Below are positions 58,413-64,000 of a DNA stretch of 64,000 nucleotides, one piece after another. Positions within the stretch are counted from its first letter, which is position 1. Each line of letters opens with the position of its first letter. The stretch is from positions 352,001-416,000 of the forward strand of contig CAWJZV010000046.1 of the NCBI GenBank assembly GCA_963847445.1. Reading direction: 5' to 3'. The stretch is from an uncultured delta proteobacterium (GTDB lineage Bacteria > Desulfobacterota > Binatia > UBA9968). Position numbers and translations under genes: made by a program. Under the pieces are notes generated by a model. It ran no database searches. It saw only the letters and a list, made by a program, of their open reading frames with translations, and was not told the origin of the DNA.

Positions 58413-59474
58413 ATGGGAGCGATTGACGCTGACGCTCATGTGATAGAGACGGTACAGACGTGGAGTTATCTGGAAGAAAATGAGCGGCGTTTCACACCGC
58501 AACTGATGTCGCAGACATCTGGAGCGGCACTTCTCAGCAATGAAGGCATCGTCGTGCGTGACTTCTGGGTGATCGAAGGCCGGGCGCACGGCAAAGACCG
58601 CAACGTCGGCACCGACACCCCTCAGGAATCCCGTGAGATGCTCAGCGTCGAGGCTCGCCTCGCTCATATGGATAAGCTCGGCATCGAGACACAGGTGCTT
58701 TATCCGACGCTCTTTCTCCGCCCGATCGTGCAGGAAGCCGAGCGTGAGCAGGCTCTGTGCAAATCCTATAATCGCTGGATGGCCGACCTTTGGCGACAGG
58801 GTAAGGGGCGCTTGCGTTGGGTGGCGAAGCCGCCGCTGCGCCTCCTGGAAAAAACGCGGGCAGCAGTAAAAGACGAACTCGATCGAGCCAAGGACAACGG
58901 CGCCTGCGGTATCTTCATGCGGGGACTCGAATGCGAGCGAGCGCTCGGCTCGCCTTATTTCTATCCGCTTTGGGAGATGTCCGGCGATCTCGATCTACCG
59001 GTCTGCGTCCATTCCGCCAACGGTAGCTTCGTTCATCACGACTTCTTTGCCGACGATACGACTTTTACCAAATTTAAGCTGGCCGTCGTGGGCGCGTGTC
59101 ATACGCTTGTCGAAAAGGAGATCCCGAAAAAGTTTCCCAAGGTCCGTTGGGGTTTCGTTGAGGTAAGCGCGCAGTGGGTGCCTTATGTTCTTAACGATCT
59201 GGCCGACCGCTTCCGGCGACAGGGCAGGACCCTCCCGACAGGCGCGCTCGCCGCCAACAACATGTGGGTGGCCTGCGAGAACACGGATGATCTGTCCTAT
59301 ATCTTGAGTTATACCGGTGAGGATCGCCTGATGATCGGGACCGACTACGGTCACCATGATCCATCATCCGAGCTCAATGCCATTAATCTGCTGCGTAACG
59401 ATAATCGGCTGACATCCGAAGTCGTAAGAAGAATTCTTGAAAGTAATCCGCGAAACTTTTACGGCCTTGATTGA
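58413..59474 (+). CDS. Amidohydrolase_2 family protein
   Basis: IDADAHVIE, QVLYPT, FYPLW...VH and GTDYGHHD. Confidence 0.87.
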   Translation: MGAIDADAHVIETVQTWSYLEENERRFTPQLMSQTSGAALLSNEGIVVRDFWVIEGRAHGKDRNVGTDTPQESREMLSVEARLAHMDKLGIETQVLYPTLFLRPIVQEAEREQALCKSYNRWMADLWRQGKGRLRWVAKPPLRLLEKTRAAVKDELDRAKDNGACGIFMRGLECERALGSPYFYPLWEMSGDLDLPVCVHSANGSFVHHDFFADDTTFTKFKLAVVGACHTLVEKEIPKKFPKVRWGFVEVSAQWVPYVLNDLADRFRRQGRTLPTGALAANNMWVACENTDDLSYILSYTGEDRLMIGTDYGHHDPSSELNAINLLRNDNRLTSEVVRRILESNPRNFYGLD

Positions 59475-59691
59475 GTTGACTGATTCATATCCAAATACGC
59501 CGCCAATTTTGACGTGACCCCAAGCCATCGAAGATGTTCGGCGCTTGAACCGGGTTCTGGGAGCAAGACTCAGCGGCCTTATAGCCATTTGCCTCCGACC
59601 AACTCGGACCATCAGCGTGCGGCGGGCAATCTTAGGCCTTCAGTACTTTTTGTCGAAGTCGGTCTAATGGTGACCTTAGATGGATTGGTTT

Positions 59692-59735
59692 GGAGAGGTG
59701 GTCGAGCGGTTGCAGGCGCACGACTGGAATCGTGT
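59692..59735 (+). repeat. Degenerate 5'-half copy of tRNA-Ser(GGA)
   Basis: Matches 60436-60480 with two substitutions and one deletion. Confidence 0.85.
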
Positions 59736-59808
59736 AACTCGCAACAATTTCGCATTTCGTCTTTGCCGCTGAAAATTTTCTGTGGTAGGTGAGGCGCGGA
59801 GGCCCCGA

Positions 59809-60246
59809 ATGAATAAATGCCTTCCCGTCCTATGGGCAATAGGGGTGCTCTGGTTGGTTCTTGTCAGTGTGGGCTGTTATATCCCAGACCCGCACTTGGA
59901 AGCCATTCTGCGCGATGCATCCAGTCGAAAGCAAAATGCAGCAAGCCAAAACGCGCCTACCCCTCGTACCCCTCTTAACCTTCCCACCCATCCCACAGTT
60001 GCAGGCACTGCCATGACTTGGACAAACGGACCGCAGACCTGGGCTGGAAATCCATTCTGCGCGATGTCAGGCAATCTCCCGTCAGCAAATAGCCCTACGG
60101 TGGATCGTGGCAGCCTAACCCCAGGGTTTCATTGCCCAAAGCCCGGCTCGGCTCTCGATCAGCCACGAAAAAGCAACGGCGACTATTGCCAAGAGTGGTA
60201 TGGGAGTTCACCCGATCTCGGGGCCTGTGAGTATGTGCCACAATGA
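59809..60246 (+). CDS. Hypothetical lipoprotein
   Basis: RBS ggagg; lipobox SVGC; Pro/Cys-rich. Confidence 0.55.
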   Translation: MNKCLPVLWAIGVLWLVLVSVGCYIPDPHLEAILRDASSRKQNAASQNAPTPRTPLNLPTHPTVAGTAMTWTNGPQTWAGNPFCAMSGNLPSANSPTVDRGSLTPGFHCPKPGSALDQPRKSNGDYCQEWYGSSPDLGACEYVPQ

Positions 60247-60435
60247 GCGCTTCTTTCATCTCATGGTTTAAAATCCCGTGTCTCGCATTCTGTCTTTGCT
60301 ACCGCGAAAGCTTGTGTTAACTTCTGAAAACAACAGCTCAGCAAAACGACCCAAAAAAAGCTCCGTGGAGACATTTTGCAGACATTGACAGTCGAACCAG
60401 CGGAGCAGGGGCGTAAGTTCGCAATATGCCAATAG

Positions 60436-60527
<92 letters not shown>

Positions 60528-60662
60528 GGTTCCTGAATCTGGCGGGCTCATCGGCCGCTTTCGATTAAGTCGGCCGCGGCAAGCAGGAAATCTTGAAACC
60601 GCCCAGTGATCAAGGTACTGTTTTTCAAGAAGCATCGGATTAGGCGATATTTCGTTGCGTGC

Positions 60663-60791
<129 letters not shown>

Positions 60792-60889
60792 TCATCTCGT
60801 GGCTCTCTAATTGTATAATCGCCGATCGCCGCTCTTGTGCAGTTCGCTGAGAGTCGGCGGCTTTTAGTTTGAGATTACCCAAGGAATTT

Positions 60890-62576
60890 ATGTCTTACCT
60901 GGTTTTGGCGCGGAAATGGCGGCCGCAAAATTTCGAGGATGTCGCCGGCCAAGAACCGATCACCCGCACACTCAAGAATGCCATCAAGGCCAACCGCATC
61001 GCTCATGCCTACCTGTTCACCGGCGTGCGCGGTGTCGGTAAAACCACCGCGGCGCGGATCCTTGCCAAAGCGTTAAATTGTCGAGAAGGGGCCCACCGCG
61101 ACGCCGTGCAACCAATGCAGCCATTGTGAAGAGATCACCAGCGGCAGCTCGATAGACGTGCTTGAGATCGACGGCGCGTCGAACCGTGGCATCGACGAGA
61201 TCCGCCAAATCATCGAAAACGTCCGCTACCAGCCGGCCAAGTGCCGTTTCAAGATCTATATCATCGACGAAGTGCATCAGGTTACCAAGGATGCTTTCAA
61301 CGCCTTGCTGAAAACCTTGGAAGAGCCGCCGCCGTCGGTCAAGTTTATCCTTGCGACCACTGAGCCGCAGCGTCTGCCCGAAACGATTTTGTCGCGTTGC
61401 CAGCGCTACGATTTTCGCCGCATCAGCCTGCGCGAGATCGTCGAGCGGTTGGCCGCCATCGGTAAAAGCGAAGGTCTGCGCATCACCGACGAAGCGCTGG
61501 TGTTGCTGGCACGGGAAGCGGACGGCAGCATGCGCGACGCCCAGTCGCTGTTGGAACAGGTGCTCGCCTGCGCCATGCCGGCGGCTGGCGACGAGCAGCA
61601 GACGACGGTGGACGCTACCTTGTTGCAAGAAATTCTTGGCTTGGCCGAGCGTAAGTGTCTCTACGACTTGTCCCAGGCGGTGCTCGACGGCGACCCGCGC
61701 CGGTGCGTCGAACTGATCGCCGAGGTGATGAATCAGGGGCGGGATTTGAGCCGGTTGTGCCGCGATCTGGTGGAGCATTTTAGGAATTTGCTAGTCGCTC
61801 GCTTGTCCGCCAGCCCGGTGGGCGCAGCGCGCGTCGGTGGCGCCGACATGGCGCAACTACTCGATCTCCCTGACCAGGAGATTGCCGATTTAATCCGCCA
61901 GAGCAGTCCGGTGTCGGTTGAGTCGCTGCTCGATTACCTCGATTTTATCGCTGCCGGCGATGACGAGGTGGCGCGCTCGACGACGCCACGCTTCGCCCTC
62001 GAAGCGGTGCTGATCCGCATGGCGAGTCTGCCGCAGTCGTTGCCGGTCACGGAAATTCTCACCCGGCTCGAAGGTTTAGAGGGGCGGGTATCTGGCGAAG
62101 TACGGTCCCAAGTTGCGACGCAGCGACCCAAGTCTGTCACGATAGCCGCGCCGGTAACGAAGCCAGGTGTCACGGCGGCGCTGGAAACCGTCCCACCGGC
62201 GGGTGACGATGCTTCGATATGGCGCGAGTTTGTGACCTTTGTCGGCAAGGAGAAAAAGTTTTTAGCGTCGCAATTGGCCGCCAGTGCGGCGCTCTCGTTG
62301 CCGCCGGCGCCGCTTAAAATCAGTGTCGCCGAGCGGCATCAATTGGGCTTTCTCAATGACGCCGATAATCTTGCGGCGCTGCGGGAGTTGGCCAAGAGGT
62401 TTTTCGGTGTCGATGTCACGATTCAGTTGGTCGCTGCGGCTGTCGACGCCGCGCCACTGGCCGGTTCGGACACCGCCCGCACCGAGGGAGCGGTGGAGGA
62501 CCGTAGCGAAATGGTCAAGGAAGCGTTGCGCATTTTTGGCGGTTCAGTGCGTTCGGTGCGGCGAGAAAATCCCTAA
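60890..62576 (+). CDS. dnaX: DNA polymerase III gamma/tau (frameshift near 61085)
   Basis: [20 protein letters not shown] and SRCQ. Confidence 0.95.
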
Positions 62577-62621
62577 GCCGATCAGCCAGCGCGGCTCAGA
62601 GCTGAAGGTAGGAGGCAAAAC

Positions 62622-62945
62622 ATGGCGAGCATTCCGGGAATGGGTAATCTGCTCAAGCAAGCGCAGGATATGCAGGCGCGCATGGCCAAGGTTCAGGAGG
62701 ATCTGGCGCATAAGACCGTCGACGGTTCCGCCGGCGGCGGCATGGTTCAGGTGACGGTGAACGGCCAGTTCAACCTGACCGCTGTAAAGATCGAACCGTC
62801 GGTGATCAGCGTTGAAGAAAAGAGCATGCTCGAAGATCTAGTTCTCGCCGCCGTCAATGACGGCATGCGTAAAGCTCGCGAGATGGCATCGGCGGAGATG
62901 GCCAAGCTCACCGGCGGTTTTAAGATTCCCGGGCTGATGCCGTAG
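62622..62945 (+). CDS. ybaB: YbaB/EbfC nucleoid-associated protein
   Basis: GSAGGGMV and LEDLVLAAVND; between dnaX and recR. Confidence 0.93.
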   Translation: MASIPGMGNLLKQAQDMQARMAKVQEDLAHKTVDGSAGGGMVQVTVNGQFNLTAVKIEPSVISVEEKSMLEDLVLAAVNDGMRKAREMASAEMAKLTGGFKIPGLMP

Positions 62946-63034
62946 TTTTTTCAGAGACTTGTGCCCAAGACAGATAAGTCAACAGCGAGCATGAAAATAT
63001 TGAACATCGCTGCCTCGCCAAGCGAGGCCCGCTC

Positions 63035-63655
63035 ATGAGCATGTATCCCGCGCCTTTGGCCCGCTTGATTCAAGAACTCTCCAAGTTGCCGGGTGTCGGT
63101 GAAAAATCTGCGGCGCGTTTAGCGTTTCACATGTTGAAGGGCAAACGGGACGACGTCTTTCGTCTCGCCGACAGCATCGGCCGGTTGCGTCAGGAAATGG
63201 GGCTGTGCGACCGCTGTTTCGGCTTCAGCGAAGTCCATGCGCACAATGAAGATGGCACGCAGTGCGACGTTTGCCGTAACTCGGATCGCGAGGACGACAA
63301 AATTTGCGTGGTCGAAGAGCCGGCGGACATGATCGCGGTGGAAAAGTCTCAAGAGTACCGCGGCCAGTATCATGTGCTGCATGGCACGATCTCGCCGCTC
63401 GATGGCGTCGGCCCGGACGCCCTGCGCATCAAAGAATTGCTCGAGCGGCTGCGCGACAATGTCGTTAAGGAAGTCATCGTCGCCACTAACCCGACCATGG
63501 ATGGCGAAGCGACGGCGCTTTATCTGTCGAAGTTGATCAAGCCCCTCGGCGTTTCCGTCACCCGCATCGCCCGCGGTTTGCCGATGGGCGGTGATCTCGA
63601 ATACACCGACGCCGTCACCTTGGGCAAAGCCTTGGAAGGGCGTCGGGAGATTTAG
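63035..63655 (+). CDS. recR: Recombination mediator RecR
   Basis: LPGVGEKSA, C4 zinc finger, VVE and GEATA. Confidence 0.96.
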   Translation: MSMYPAPLARLIQELSKLPGVGEKSAARLAFHMLKGKRDDVFRLADSIGRLRQEMGLCDRCFGFSEVHAHNEDGTQCDVCRNSDREDDKICVVEEPADMIAVEKSQEYRGQYHVLHGTISPLDGVGPDALRIKELLERLRDNVVKEVIVATNPTMDGEATALYLSKLIKPLGVSVTRIARGLPMGGDLEYTDAVTLGKALEGRREI

Positions 63656-63849
63656 CGCGTTCTTTGCAACAGCGAGCCTACCGTTCCCCAGTTTCCCCTC
63701 GATAAATACCGATTGAAGTTGCCGCGAGATCTAGACGCGATCTCCTCGATGTGTCGTAGCTCATGAACGATGCCGGCGTGGCTCCGCCGGGCTTGAAGCC
63801 CATCCAGAAGCCGATGAAATTAATGTCATGAGGCAACGGGAATTGCGGC

Positions 63850-63890
63850 TTGACAAAAAACCGCGAAGTCCGCTAGAACTGGTCAGACCA
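63850..63890 (+). promoter_or_regulatory. Sigma-70 promoter with FadR-type operator
   Basis: TTGACA-N18-TAGAAC followed by palindrome TGGTCAGACCA (63880-63890). Confidence 0.65.
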
Positions 63891-63909
63891 CCAGACCGCT
63901 GGACACTCT

Positions 63910-64000
63910 ATGCTACGCGCGATCAAGAAGACTAGGATTCATGAGGAAGTATTTAGCCAGATTCATGAGCTGATCAAGGAAGGCAGATTCAAAGCGCGCG
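63910..64000 (+). CDS. GntR/FadR-family regulator, truncated by the window end
   Basis: MLRAIKKTRIHEEVFSQIHELIKEG; operator upstream. Confidence 0.75.
   Translation, partial: MLRAIKKTRIHEEVFSQIHELIKEGRFKAR

Noticed and set aside
61075-61160. dnaX frameshift as programmed gamma/tau recoding
   Set aside because: It lies near codon 65 in the ATPase domain with no slippery A-run; consistent with the window-wide indel errors

Overview
GC-rich bacterial chromosome segment. The gene content (many orphan NMT1/SsuA-type binding proteins, amidohydrolase_2, VOC and cupin genes, plus a serS/tRNA-Ser/tadA/ffs/dnaX block) suggests a deltaproteobacteria-like lineage such as Candidatus Binatota; this is inference. 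Single-base frameshifts interrupt many genes, including essential gatA, tadA and dnaX, so most are probably long-read indel errors and genes are reported as merged units. Layout: 0.1-25.5 kb catabolic and transport genes with a four-helix-bundle gene framed by heptamer inverted repeats; 26-32 kb housekeeping (gatCAB, rnhB, yraN, serS); 33.4-47.8 kb an unusual NRPS cluster (oxalate-CoA-ligase-like A-PCP, OXC/HACL-like ThDP enzyme, C-A[Ala]-PCP, non-amino-acid A-PCP, C-A[Gly]-PCP-TE with a Cys nucleophile); 48-64 kb all four tRNA-Ser isoacceptors, tRNA-Arg(ACG), a beta-CASP nuclease, a collapsed copA, an Fe3+-type ABC transporter, tadA, SRP RNA, dnaX-ybaB-recR and the start of a FadR regulator. 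The best candidates for undescribed systems are the oxalate-loading NRPS and the short-period (7/8/9-nt) hairpin elements linked to the four-helix-bundle gene.
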